In this document: piece after piece, positions 8,245 to 17,050 of the stretch
Layout: the number at the start of each line of letters is the position of its first letter
Numbering within the stretch: the first letter of the stretch is position 1
NCBI GenBank assembly: GCA_963732385.1
Contig: CAVSZB010000007.1
Location: 960,001-1,024,000 of the forward strand
Direction of reading: 5' to 3'
Length of the DNA: 64,000 nt
From: an uncultured bacterium
Lineage (GTDB): Bacteria; Krumholzibacteriota; Krumholzibacteriia; LZORAL124-64-63
The notes under the pieces: generated by a model
Seen by the model: only the letters and a program-made list of their open reading frames with translations
What the model was told of the DNA's origin: nothing
Database searches by the model: none
Made by a program: the position numbers and the translations under genes

Positions 8245-9612
8245 TCAGCCGCGCACGATCACGGTGGCCGCCTCGCCGACGCCGGCCACGCGCCCGTCGC
8301 ACGGCGCGTGCACCGGGACTCCCATCTCCCCCTCGGCCACGTCGGCCACCAGCTGCCCCCGCGCCACCCGCTCGCCCGGACGCAGCCGCGGCCGTCCTAC
8401 CGCCCCGGCGTGCTGCCGGTGCGCCACGGTGAGGGTGTCGGGCAACGGGGCCAGGTCGCGATACGGCGCCGGCGCGTCGAAACGACGCAGGTCGAGCCGC
8501 AGTTTCAACATCGCCAGCGGCACGAGGCGGCCGTCGCGCAGCGGGTGAGCCTGGCCACGGTCGGGCGGCGGCTGCGGAAGCGGCCGGCCCGCGGCGGCGG
8601 CCGCGCGCAGCGCGCGTTTCGTCCAGCGGCAGGCGTCGCGCGGGGAGAGATCCTCGGGACAGGCGTACAGATCGCAGAGGCCGCACTCGCAGCAGAGGTT
8701 GCCCCACCCATCGAAATCGTCGGCGCGGTCGGGGCCGAAGCCGAGCCCCCGCATGACGCGATGCGGTTCGACGGCGTAACCGAGCAGATAGCGCGGGCAG
8801 AACTGCGTGCAATAGCTGCACTGGTCGCACGCCGAGCGACCGACGGCGCGCTTGACGCTCTCCGGCTCGGTAACGAAGCGGACCAGACGGTGCGTCGGCG
8901 GCAAAAACAGCAGGGCGGCGGTGGTCTTGGTGACGGCGTGGGCCGGGTCGCGCACCGGCCGGCCCATCATGGCGCCCCCCTCGAGGGCGATCCACGGCTC
9001 GACGCCGCCGGTGTAACCGCCGGCCTGGGCCAGCAGATCCCCGACCGGAGCGCCGAGCGGCACGACCGCCGTGTATGGCCGGCGCACGGCGCCGCAGACG
9101 GTCAGCCAGGTCCCGGTGACCGGCTCGCCGTCGAGCGCCGCAGCCAGATTGACCAACGTCTCCACATTCTGCACCAGCACGCCCACCTCGGTGGGGAATC
9201 CCCCCGCCGGAGGGCGCCGGCCGGTCAGCGCGTGCACGAGCAGGAACTCGTCGCCCGAAGGGTAGGTGTCGTCGAGCCCGGCCACCTCGAACCCGCGCCG
9301 TCGTCCGCAGGCCTGGCGCAACCGATCCAGCAACTCACCGCGTTTTTTCTTCACGGCGATGATCCGCCGTTTCGCCCCCACCAGTTCCGCCGCCCGCGCC
9401 ACCCCGTCGAGCAGCCGCGCCGTGCGTTGCTCCATCAGGTGGAGATCCTTCTCCAGCAACGGCTCGCACTCGGCGCCATTGGCGATGATCGTGTCCGCGA
9501 CGGCGCTCAGCTTGAGATGCGTGGGGTAACCGGACCCGCCGGCGCCAACCACGCCGGCGGCGCGGATCCGCGCCAGCGACTCATCCTTGTGTGCGCGACT
9601 CACCAAGCTCAC
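8245..9612 (-). CDS. pduS: PduS-like (RnfC-related) FMN/NADH-binding Fe-S flavoprotein
   Basis: GVVGAGGSGYPTHLK, NGAECEPLL, YPSGDE, NVETL, GGAMMG, CDQCSYCTQFCP and CCECGLCDLYACP; C-terminal QHAGA...PVHA barrel as in PduS; start approximate (9603-9612). Confidence 0.87.
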   Translation of the reverse strand: MSLVSRAHKDESLARIRAAGVVGAGGSGYPTHLKLSAVADTIIANGAECEPLLEKDLHLMEQRTARLLDGVARAAELVGAKRRIIAVKKKRGELLDRLRQACGRRRGFEVAGLDDTYPSGDEFLLVHALTGRRPPAGGFPTEVGVLVQNVETLVNLAAALDGEPVTGTWLTVCGAVRRPYTAVVPLGAPVGDLLAQAGGYTGGVEPWIALEGGAMMGRPVRDPAHAVTKTTAALLFLPPTHRLVRFVTEPESVKRAVGRSACDQCSYCTQFCPRYLLGYAVEPHRVMRGLGFGPDRADDFDGWGNLCCECGLCDLYACPEDLSPRDACRWTKRALRAAAAAGRPLPQPPPDRGQAHPLRDGRLVPLAMLKLRLDLRRFDAPAPYRDLAPLPDTLTVAHRQHAGAVGRPRLRPGERVARGQLVADVAEGEMGVPVHAPCDGRVAGVGEAATVIVRG

Positions 9613-9721
9613 AGCCGCCCGGATCGGGGTTGCGCGGGAACCGGCGCCGTACGGGCCGGCGGCGAACAGGCCGGCAGTATAGGCCAGGCCGGGGGTCCCC
9701 CACAAGCCCGGCTCCACCGAC

Positions 9722-9754
9722 GACATTGACGCTGCAATGTCACCTGCCTATAAT
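9722..9754 (+). promoter_or_regulatory. Near-consensus sigma70 promoter of etfBA with a palindrome over the -35 box
   Basis: TTGACG(9726)-N17-TATAAT(9749); GACATTG-N6-CAATGTC at 9722-9741. Confidence 0.8.
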
Positions 9755-9809
9755 CCAGCCCGCGCTCGCGCCAATTGCCCGGCGCCGCCGACGGTCACGA
9801 GGAGGAACG

Positions 9810-10592
9810 ATGAAGATCGCCGTGCTGGTGAAACAGACTCCCGACTCCGAGACCCGGATCGGCCTGACCGGGCCGGCGTCGAAAATCGACGACACTAAAT
9901 TCACTCGCGTGCTGAGCCCCTACGACGCCTACGCCGTCGAGGAGGCCATCCGCATCCGGGAACGCACTCCCGGGACCGAGGTCACCGCCATCACCGTGGG
10001 ACCGCTCGACCGGGTGCGCGAAACGATCAAGAAGGACTGCCTCGCGGTCGGCTGCGACAAGGCGATCGTGGTCAGCGATCCGGCCCTCGCCGACGCGGAC
10101 GAAGCAGGCGTGGCGGCGGTCCTGGCGGCCGTCCTGCGGCAGGACGCCTACGACCTGATCCTCTGCGGCAAGCAGGCCATCGATGACGACGCCGCGCAGG
10201 TCGGCGTGCGCGTGGCGGAAATCCTGGGCCTGGCGCACGTCAGCGTGGTGACGAAACTGGAGCTTGCCGACGGCGCCCTGACCGCCCGGCGCGAAATCGA
10301 GGGGGGCCTCGAGATCGTCACCGCGCAGCTGCCGGCGCTCATCACCTGTCAGAAGGGGCTCAACGAACCGCGGCTGCCGAGCCTGCCGAACATCATGAAG
10401 GCCGGCGCGAAGCCGCTGCAGGTGATCACGTGCGCGGACCTCGGCCTGACGCCGCCCGCGCGCACCTACGAGATCCGCCAGTACGCGCCGCCGCCCGCCC
10501 GCGCGGCGTGCCGGCTGGTCCAGAACGACGATCCCGCCGCGGCGGCGGCCGAGCTGGCCAGACTGCTGCGCGAGGAAGCCAAAGTCATCTGA
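9810..10592 (+). CDS. etfB: Electron transfer flavoprotein beta subunit
   Basis: MKIAVLVKQTPD, YDAYAVEEA, GKQAIDDD..QVG, NEPRLPSL; GGAGG RBS. Confidence 0.95.
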   Translation: MKIAVLVKQTPDSETRIGLTGPASKIDDTKFTRVLSPYDAYAVEEAIRIRERTPGTEVTAITVGPLDRVRETIKKDCLAVGCDKAIVVSDPALADADEAGVAAVLAAVLRQDAYDLILCGKQAIDDDAAQVGVRVAEILGLAHVSVVTKLELADGALTARREIEGGLEIVTAQLPALITCQKGLNEPRLPSLPNIMKAGAKPLQVITCADLGLTPPARTYEIRQYAPPPARAACRLVQNDDPAAAAAELARLLREEAKVI

Positions 10593-10611
10593 GGAAGAGG
10601 GAGCCAGGACG

Positions 10612-11589
10612 ATGCCGAACATCGCCGTCTTCATTGAGCAGCGCGATGGCCAGGTCAGGAAAGTGGCCTGGCAGATGATCGCCGAAGCCCGCCGTCTCAC
10701 CGACCAGGCCGGCGGCGAGGTGTGGGGCGTGCACCTGCACGCCGCCGGTTGCGACACGGCGCAGCAGGCCGGCGCGCAGGGCGCACACCGGCTGTTCACC
10801 GCGCAGCACGACCAGTTCAGGCTCTACAACAGCGAGGCCTGGACCGCCGCGATCGTGACGTTCGCGCGCGAGCACAAGCCCGACCTCATCCTGATCGGCG
10901 CCACCGCCCTCGGCAAGGACCTCGCGCCGAAGGTGGCGCAGCGTCTCGGCGCCGCCTGCATCAGCGACAGCATCGCGATCCGGTACGACGGCGCCGCCTT
11001 CGCGGTGCGCCGCCCCATCTATGCCGGCAAGTGCTATGTGGACGTCGTGCCGAAGACCAGCCCCGCCGTGGTGGTCGCGCGCCCGAACGCCTTCGCCCTC
11101 GGCGCGGGCGACGGCGGCGCCGCCGCCGAGACCCCCTTCGCGCCCGGCGTGGACGGTATCGATCTGAAGGCGCGCGTGATCGAAGTGCAGGCGGCGGAAG
11201 GCCGGAAGGTCGAATTGACCGAGGCGGAGGTCATCGTCTCGGGCGGCCGCGGCATCAAGGGCCCCGAGCACTATCACCTGATCGAGGAACTGGCCGCCAG
11301 CCTCGGCGCCGCCGCCGGCGCCAGCCGCGCCATCGTCGATGCCGGCTGGGTCCCCCACGCCAACCAGGTCGGACAGACCGGCAAGACGGTCAGCCCCAAC
11401 CTCTACATCGCCTGCGGCATCAGCGGCGCCATCCAGCATCTGGCCGGCATGTCGTCGAGCAAGTGCATCGTCGCGATCAACAAGGATCCCAACGCCCCCA
11501 TCTTCAAGGTCGCCGACTACGGCATCGTGGGCGACCTCTTCCAGGTCGTGCCGGCGCTGCAGGCGGAAATCGGGAAATTGAAGGGGTAG
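10612..11589 (+). CDS. etfA: Electron transfer flavoprotein alpha subunit
   Basis: [50 protein letters not shown]. Confidence 0.96.
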   Translation: MPNIAVFIEQRDGQVRKVAWQMIAEARRLTDQAGGEVWGVHLHAAGCDTAQQAGAQGAHRLFTAQHDQFRLYNSEAWTAAIVTFAREHKPDLILIGATALGKDLAPKVAQRLGAACISDSIAIRYDGAAFAVRRPIYAGKCYVDVVPKTSPAVVVARPNAFALGAGDGGAAAETPFAPGVDGIDLKARVIEVQAAEGRKVELTEAEVIVSGGRGIKGPEHYHLIEELAASLGAAAGASRAIVDAGWVPHANQVGQTGKTVSPNLYIACGISGAIQHLAGMSSSKCIVAINKDPNAPIFKVADYGIVGDLFQVVPALQAEIGKLKG

Positions 11590-11617
11590 AAGCCGGCAAG
11601 ACCGCTCCGTACGCGAG

Positions 11618-11640
11618 GAAGCCGCCGCGGGGCGGCTTCT
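11618..11640. terminator. Hairpin after etfA, between convergent genes
   Basis: GAAGCCGCC-GCGG-GGCGGCTTC. Confidence 0.55.
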
Positions 11641-11692
11641 GCGCAGGAACCGCCGACACGACCGGCCCGGCCGACGCTCCGGCGCCAGCCGC

Positions 11693-12073
11693 TCAACCCG
11701 CTGGCTCCTCGTCGTCGTCGTCATCCGGCAACTCGCGCCGCTCCGCGCTGATCCCCATGTAGTTCAGGTCGAGATCCTGCAGCAACTCGCGCACCCGCTC
11801 GGCCCAGGCGGGAGGAACCAGCAGGCGGGCCGGCTGGATCAGGGGGTCGATGACAGCGAAGGTCTCCCCGTGGAGAAGGTACGGGATGCCGTTCGCGTCG
11901 AGCAGACTCTTGATCATGAGGATGTCGCCGACGTTATAGGTCGCCAGGATCTCCTCGGCCTCGATCAGCTCGTCGGCGGCCGCGGCCGGGCGTTCCGGCA
12001 CCAGCGGCACATTGCAGTCGACGCAGGCCGCCACGCCGGCCTGGTATTCGGTCGTACATTTCGGACAGAACAT
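11693..12073 (-). CDS. Zinc-ribbon + DUF2007-like small protein
   Basis: MFCPKC...CVDC, then IKSLLDANGIPY...RLLV (DUF2007 pattern); acidic tail. Confidence 0.75.
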   Translation of the reverse strand: MFCPKCTTEYQAGVAACVDCNVPLVPERPAAAADELIEAEEILATYNVGDILMIKSLLDANGIPYLLHGETFAVIDPLIQPARLLVPPAWAERVRELLQDLDLNYMGISAERRELPDDDDDEEPAG

Positions 12074-12175
12074 GGACGTCGCCTTTCGCCAGGGTGCCGG
12101 TCGCCATGGTCGTACAGATCCCCGCCTGCCGACAGTCTCCGTTCACTTCCTGTTCAAAGCTCTGGCAGTCCGGTT

Positions 12176-13267
12176 TCAGGCGCGAGCCTGGCCCGGCCTG
12201 CCCGCCGCCGCGTTCGCCACGTGCCCTCCGCGCAGGCGTGTCTCGACCGCAGCCAGGGCGTCGTCCGCCTCGGCAACGAGTTCCGCGAGGATCTCGCGCA
12301 GCGGCTGCACGCGGTTGACGAGCCCGACGGACTGGCCGGCCATCAGGGACCCGGCCTCCACTTCGCCGTCGACCGCGGCGCGGCGCAGGCTGCCCACCCA
12401 GAAGTGCTCGACTTCGTACTGCGCTTCGGGGCGGGTGATCTCGCCCGCGCGGAGCCTTTCCAGCAGCGTCAGCTGCAGGCGTCCGAACTCCTCCATGGCC
12501 TCGTTTTGCAGCGCGCGCACCGCCACCACGGGCAGCTTGCTGCTGTACTGCGGCGTGGAGATCGCTTCGCGCGAGCGGGCTTTCATGAAGACCTGCTTGA
12601 AGCGCGCGTGGGCGCCGCACTCCTCGGCCACCACGAAGCGCGTGCCGAGCTGGGCGCCGGCCGCTCCCATCAGGCAGAGATGGCCGATCATGCGGCCGTC
12701 GGCGATTCCGCCGGCGATGAAGATCGGCACCTCGTCGAACCTGAACAGGATCTCCTGCAGCAGCACGGTCGTCGAGACATGCCCGATGTGCCCGCCCGCC
12801 TCGCTCCCCTCGAGCACGAGCGCGTCGGCACCGTAGTCGATCATGCGCCGGGCGATGGAATCGGTGCTGGCGAAGCAAATCACCTTCGCGCCGGAATCCT
12901 TCGCCTTCTGCACCTCACTCTGGCGCGGGATCGAGCCGGCGAAAAACATGTGGCTGAGCCGTTTCTCGCAGATGATGTCGAGGTGCGCCTGGTAGTTGGG
13001 CGCGATGACGATGATGTTCGCGCCGAACGGCCGGTCCGTCAGGGCGCGCGTCTCGTCGATGGAAGCGGCGAACTGCGACGGCGGCAGATTGCCCGCGGCC
13101 AGCACGCCGAAGGCGCCCAGGTCGCTCATCTGCGAGACCAGCTTCGGCTCGCTGATCCAGGTCATCGCGCCGCACATGATCGGCAGTTCGACACCGAGAA
13201 AATCCTGGCCGGCCTGCCAGAGCCGGTTCAGGCGCGGAGTCGACCGTACGCTCTCCTGCTTCGCCAT
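12176..13267 (-). CDS. FabK/nitronate monooxygenase-family FMN oxidoreductase
   Basis: GAMTWIS, TDRPFGAN, EGSEAGGHIG, AGGIADG, QLGTRF, MAGQSVG. Confidence 0.88.
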   Translation of the reverse strand: MAKQESVRSTPRLNRLWQAGQDFLGVELPIMCGAMTWISEPKLVSQMSDLGAFGVLAAGNLPPSQFAASIDETRALTDRPFGANIIVIAPNYQAHLDIICEKRLSHMFFAGSIPRQSEVQKAKDSGAKVICFASTDSIARRMIDYGADALVLEGSEAGGHIGHVSTTVLLQEILFRFDEVPIFIAGGIADGRMIGHLCLMGAAGAQLGTRFVVAEECGAHARFKQVFMKARSREAISTPQYSSKLPVVAVRALQNEAMEEFGRLQLTLLERLRAGEITRPEAQYEVEHFWVGSLRRAAVDGEVEAGSLMAGQSVGLVNRVQPLREILAELVAEADDALAAVETRLRGGHVANAAAGRPGQARA

Positions 13268-13341
13268 CGTCTCTCCTTCGCTCGCGCGGCGCACGAACCG
13301 ATACCGGGATCGCCCGGGCCGGACAGCCGGACGGCGCGGTT

Positions 13342-13369
13342 ATCATACTTCAGCGGTCCTGAATCGCAA
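13342..13369 (-). promoter_or_regulatory. Possible promoter for the FabK-like gene
   Basis: TTGCGA-N16-TATGAT on the minus strand. Confidence 0.4.
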
Positions 13370-13383
13370 GATCGGTCGGGCGC

Positions 13384-15399
13384 TCAGCCGTCCGCCAGCC
13401 GGTCCCGGAGCGTCTCGGCAAGGTCGCGCACGACCAGCGTGTCATCGCGGCCGGTCTCCTTGACACCGTCGCCGAGCATCGTCAGGCAGAAGGGGCAGGC
13501 GCTGGCCACTTCCCGCGCGCCGGTGCCGGCCGCCTCGGCGATGCGGTGGTGGTTGATGCGGGTGCCGAGTTTCTCCTCGAGGAACATGCGGCCGCCGCCG
13601 GCGCCGCAGCAGAAGCCCTCGCGGCGGTGGCTCGGCATCTCGACCAGTTCGAGGTCCGGCACGGACCTGAGCACATCGCGCGGGGCATCATAGATGCCGT
13701 TGTGGCGGCCGAGATAGCAGGAGTCGTGGTAGGTCAGCTTCAGCGGCTCGCCGCCGCGCAGCTTCAGCCTCCCCTCGGCGAGGAGGCGAAAGAGCAGTTC
13801 GGAATGGTGGCGAACCTCGACGCCCTCCAGGCCGAACTGCGGGTACTCGTTGCGGAGCGTGTTGAAGCAGTGCGGACAGGCCGTGACGAACTTCCGCGCG
13901 CCGTAACGCCTGAAGGTGTCGATGTTCAGCTGCGCCTGCATCTGGAACAGGTATTCGTGGCCAAGCCGGCGCGACGGATCGCCGCAGCACCCCTCCTCAA
14001 GACCAAGCACGGCGTAGTCGAGACCGGCGCGATCGAACAGTTCGCAGGTGGCGCGCACGACGGCGCGGTTACGCTCGTCGAACGAGCCGGCGCAGCCGAC
14101 GAAGAAGAGCCACTCCGCGCTACCCTTCGCGCCCAGGACCGGCACCGGGGCGTCGCCGATCCAGTCGGCGCGCGCCGCCGCCGGCGCGTTCCACGGGTTG
14201 CTGTTGTTCTCCAGACCCCGCAGCGCGTTCTGCATCTCGGACGGGACACGCGCCTCGGTCATCGTCAGGTACCGACGCTGGTCGATGAGGTGCGGCACGT
14301 GCTCGATCACTACCGGACACGCCGTCTGACACCAGCCGCAGGTCGTGCACGACCAGAGCGTGTCGTCGGTATTGACGTCGCCCGCCAGACGCGGGCGCTC
14401 CAGCGACGCGGCCAGCGCCGCCGCCTCGGCGGGCCGACCCCGCGCCTTCAGTTTGCCGACCTCCTCCAGCCGCGCGCCCAGGCTGAACAGATGGTCGCGC
14501 TCGTCGCAGATCAACGACTTCGGCCGCAACGGCTTGCCGGTCACGGCGGTAGGACAGTGCTCATTGCAGCGTCCGCATTCCGTGCAGGTGAACATGTCCA
14601 GCAGCCGCCGCCATGAGAATTCCTCCACCCGGCCCACGCCGAACGATTCGCGCCCCTCGAACTGCAGCGGATCGGACGCCAGCGGCGGCGTGAGACGCCT
14701 GAGCCAGACGGCCGGCAGCGAGGTCAGGACGTGGAAGTGCTTGCCATACGGCAGGTAATTGAGGAAGCCGAGGACCAGCGCGCAGTGCGCCCAGTACATG
14801 GTCTGCCACCAGTTGCGCGCGGCGGCGGAGTCGAGGCCGACGAACAGCCCTGCCAGCGCGCGCGAGACGAACGCGTAGCCGGCCTCCGGGTGGTCGGGGC
14901 GCAGCCGCAGCAGCGCCGCATCGCCCAGCAGGTCGGTCAGCATGAGCACCGCGATCCAGAGCAGGATGAGCACCCCCTCCACCGACAACGGCAGACGCTC
15001 CGGCCGCGTGACCAGCCGCCGCCAAAGGCCGAAGAGCACCGCGACGATCACGACGACGGCGAAGATGTCCTTCAGCGTGGCGTAGATCAGGCCGGGGCCA
15101 TCACCGAGCAGCGGCAGGTGGAAGTCGGGGGCAAAACCGCGGCCGATGAGGGTCAGCGTGCGCAGCGACACGACGAGGAAGCCGGCGAAGATACCCAGGT
15201 GCATCAGCCCGGCGCCCCGCTCCTGCAGCAGGCGTTGCTGTCCGAAGCCGATCACCAGCAGCGCCCTCAGACGCGCCCAGGGCCGGTCGGTGCGGCGGTC
15301 CGGCTCGGCGGCGCGCAGCAGCCACCAGCGGGCGGCGACCGTGTTGGCGAAGAAGGCGAGGGCCAGCAGCAGCAGCAGGGTCATCGCGACGGGATTCAT
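13384..15399 (-). CDS. Membrane-bound Fe-S oxidoreductase, FadF / ETF:quinone oxidoreductase type (HdrE-like membrane part + HdrD-like CCG part)
   Basis: N-terminal TM helices with His residues, YLPYGKHFH, CTECGRCNEHCP, CTTCGWCQTACP, CCGD, CPHC, YHDSCYLGRHN, CCGAGGG, CPFC. Confidence 0.88.
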   Translation of the reverse strand: MNPVAMTLLLLLALAFFANTVAARWWLLRAAEPDRRTDRPWARLRALLVIGFGQQRLLQERGAGLMHLGIFAGFLVVSLRTLTLIGRGFAPDFHLPLLGDGPGLIYATLKDIFAVVVIVAVLFGLWRRLVTRPERLPLSVEGVLILLWIAVLMLTDLLGDAALLRLRPDHPEAGYAFVSRALAGLFVGLDSAAARNWWQTMYWAHCALVLGFLNYLPYGKHFHVLTSLPAVWLRRLTPPLASDPLQFEGRESFGVGRVEEFSWRRLLDMFTCTECGRCNEHCPTAVTGKPLRPKSLICDERDHLFSLGARLEEVGKLKARGRPAEAAALAASLERPRLAGDVNTDDTLWSCTTCGWCQTACPVVIEHVPHLIDQRRYLTMTEARVPSEMQNALRGLENNSNPWNAPAAARADWIGDAPVPVLGAKGSAEWLFFVGCAGSFDERNRAVVRATCELFDRAGLDYAVLGLEEGCCGDPSRRLGHEYLFQMQAQLNIDTFRRYGARKFVTACPHCFNTLRNEYPQFGLEGVEVRHHSELLFRLLAEGRLKLRGGEPLKLTYHDSCYLGRHNGIYDAPRDVLRSVPDLELVEMPSHRREGFCCGAGGGRMFLEEKLGTRINHHRIAEAAGTGAREVASACPFCLTMLGDGVKETGRDDTLVVRDLAETLRDRLADG

Positions 15400-15540
15400 T
15401 GATATTCCTTCCGAAGCCGCGCCCGGCGCACTTCGAGGCGAAGATAGCTGCGACGCGGCATCCGCGGAAGCGGAACCTCGTGCGGTCGGGATCGTGGTTG
15501 GGCCAGGCCGGTATCGCCGGCAGGTGCTTTGACCCGCCGC

Positions 15541-16239
15541 TCAGACCGCGGCGGCGGCGGCGGCAATCGGCGCCCGGACATGCTCGAGCAGGGCCCGGCA
15601 GACCGCGAGTCCGGCCGGATCGTCGGCGCGCACAGACTCGGTCCAATCCATATCGAGCGTGGTGATGCGACCGAACAGCCGCTGCCGGTGGCGCGCCAGA
15701 CCGGAGCTCAGCGCCAGGTAGAGCGAGCCGTTCTCGCGCAGCCACGGCTCGCCCGGAGCCCGCGGCCGACCGCGCTGGTGGTCGTAGAGAGGAATCAGGC
15801 CGCCCGGCGAGGGGCACCAGAAGCACGGAGCCTCCTCGCAGACCGACAGCAGGGACTCGGCGCGGGCGCGGCGGAAAGCAACGCACGCCTCCTCGACCCG
15901 GCCCGGCCGCCGCAGCGGCAGCGCTGCCGAGAGCAGGGCCACGGTGTCGGGTACGGCTCCCCGCGACTCGAGAAGCTGCAGCGCGTGGAGCGCGATCTCC
16001 GCGGCTCCGGTCGAAGCGACTGACAATGGCGACTCCACCGCCCGCGCTCCCCAGTTTCTCGCCCACGCGAGCGCCTCGGGATCGGCGCCGGCGACGACTA
16101 GATCGTCCAGCGCCGCGACCTCGGCGGCGGAGGCAAGAGTCCAGGCGAGCAGCGGTCGTCCCCCGAGTTCGGTGAGCACGCCCTGCGGAAGGGCCGGCCC
16201 CGGGCGGTCAAGAGGAACGATGGCGATGAGGTTCGACAA
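15541..16239 (-). CDS. Acylneuraminate cytidylyltransferase (NeuA/CMAS)-like protein with a degenerate CTP-binding motif
   Basis: GGRPLLAWT, PLRRP, SLLSVCE, ENGSLY pattern conserved; TTG start with GGGAGA RBS; ARxxSKxxxxKN motif absent. Confidence 0.7.
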   Translation of the reverse strand: MSNLIAIVPLDRPGPALPQGVLTELGGRPLLAWTLASAAEVAALDDLVVAGADPEALAWARNWGARAVESPLSVASTGAAEIALHALQLLESRGAVPDTVALLSAALPLRRPGRVEEACVAFRRARAESLLSVCEEAPCFWCPSPGGLIPLYDHQRGRPRAPGEPWLRENGSLYLALSSGLARHRQRLFGRITTLDMDWTESVRADDPAGLAVCRALLEHVRAPIAAAAAAV

Positions 16240-16576
16240 GCTGCGTCTCCCGTCTGTCCGGACGAATCCGGACTCGTCACCGGCGCGGCGGCCGGGGCTC
16301 CTGCGCTGGACAAGGCCCCGGCAACCGGGTAGATTCTCCGGGTCCCGCACCGGTTGGCGCGGGCAAGTTCTGCCGTCGTTTGCGGCGCCCCGCGAGCGGC
16401 ACCGCGCGGCGCCGGAGATTTCCTGGTCGTCCAACCGTCATGGCTGCAACGGATTGGACATCTCCAGGATCCGGTTCACGCGGCCGCCGCCGGCCGGCCG
16501 CTCCGGCCCGCGGGCCCGACCTTGCAAGATCGATCCCAGATGCCCCGGCTGCAGGGGACGGTGGAGGAAAAACCGC

Positions 16577-17017
16577 ATGAGTGACCCGAATCCCGGCGGG
16601 GAATTCGCCAACCCGCCAGACGACCAGATTGCCGCCTTCCTGCGCGCGATGCGGCACGTGGTGGTGGTCGGCATTTCTGACCGCAGCGACCGACCGAGCC
16701 ACGGCATCACGAAATTCCTGCTCGGCGCCGGCTACGATGTCTGCGGCGTGAATCCCCTCCTGACGAACGTGCTCGGACGCCCCGTCTTCCCCACGCTGGC
16801 CGAGGTGCCCGGTCCGCTCGATCTCGTGGACATCTTCAGGCGCAGCGAGGCCGTGCCGGAGGTCGTCGAGTCGGCGATCGCCGGCGGCGCGCGCGGGATC
16901 TGGATGCAGGAGGATGTCGTCCACCCCGGGGCGGCCGCCCGGGCCCGCGCCGCCGGACTGTTCGTCGTCATGGACCGCTGTATCTACAAAGAGTGGCTGC
17001 GGCTGCTGAACGGCTGA
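16577..17017 (+). CDS. CoA-binding protein (YccU-like)
   Basis: VVGISDRSDRPS, VNP, DLVDIFRRSE, IWMQ, VMDRC. Confidence 0.9.
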   Translation: MSDPNPGGEFANPPDDQIAAFLRAMRHVVVVGISDRSDRPSHGITKFLLGAGYDVCGVNPLLTNVLGRPVFPTLAEVPGPLDLVDIFRRSEAVPEVVESAIAGGARGIWMQEDVVHPGAAARARAAGLFVVMDRCIYKEWLRLLNG

Positions 17018-17050
17018 GCGCCGCACCGCGCAGGGGACAGAGGAGATCTC

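Noticed and set aside
5279..8548. 1089-aa plus-strand ORF
   Set aside because: Antisense shadow of glcDE/pduT/pduS; Arg/Ala/Gly-rich with no motifs, as expected at high GC.
7660..9612. Complete propanediol or ethanolamine microcompartment locus, or an Rnf complex
   Set aside because: No BMC-H/BMC-P, signature enzyme or rnfABDEG genes recognised in the window; the domain order matches PduS rather than RnfC.
15364..15378. Short CAG repeat
   Set aside because: Encodes a poly-Leu TM segment of the FadF-like protein; not a contingency repeat.
16240..16576. Possible ncRNA or small ORF in the divergent intergenic region
   Set aside because: No recognisable RNA family motif or RBS-supported ORF; likely only divergent promoters.
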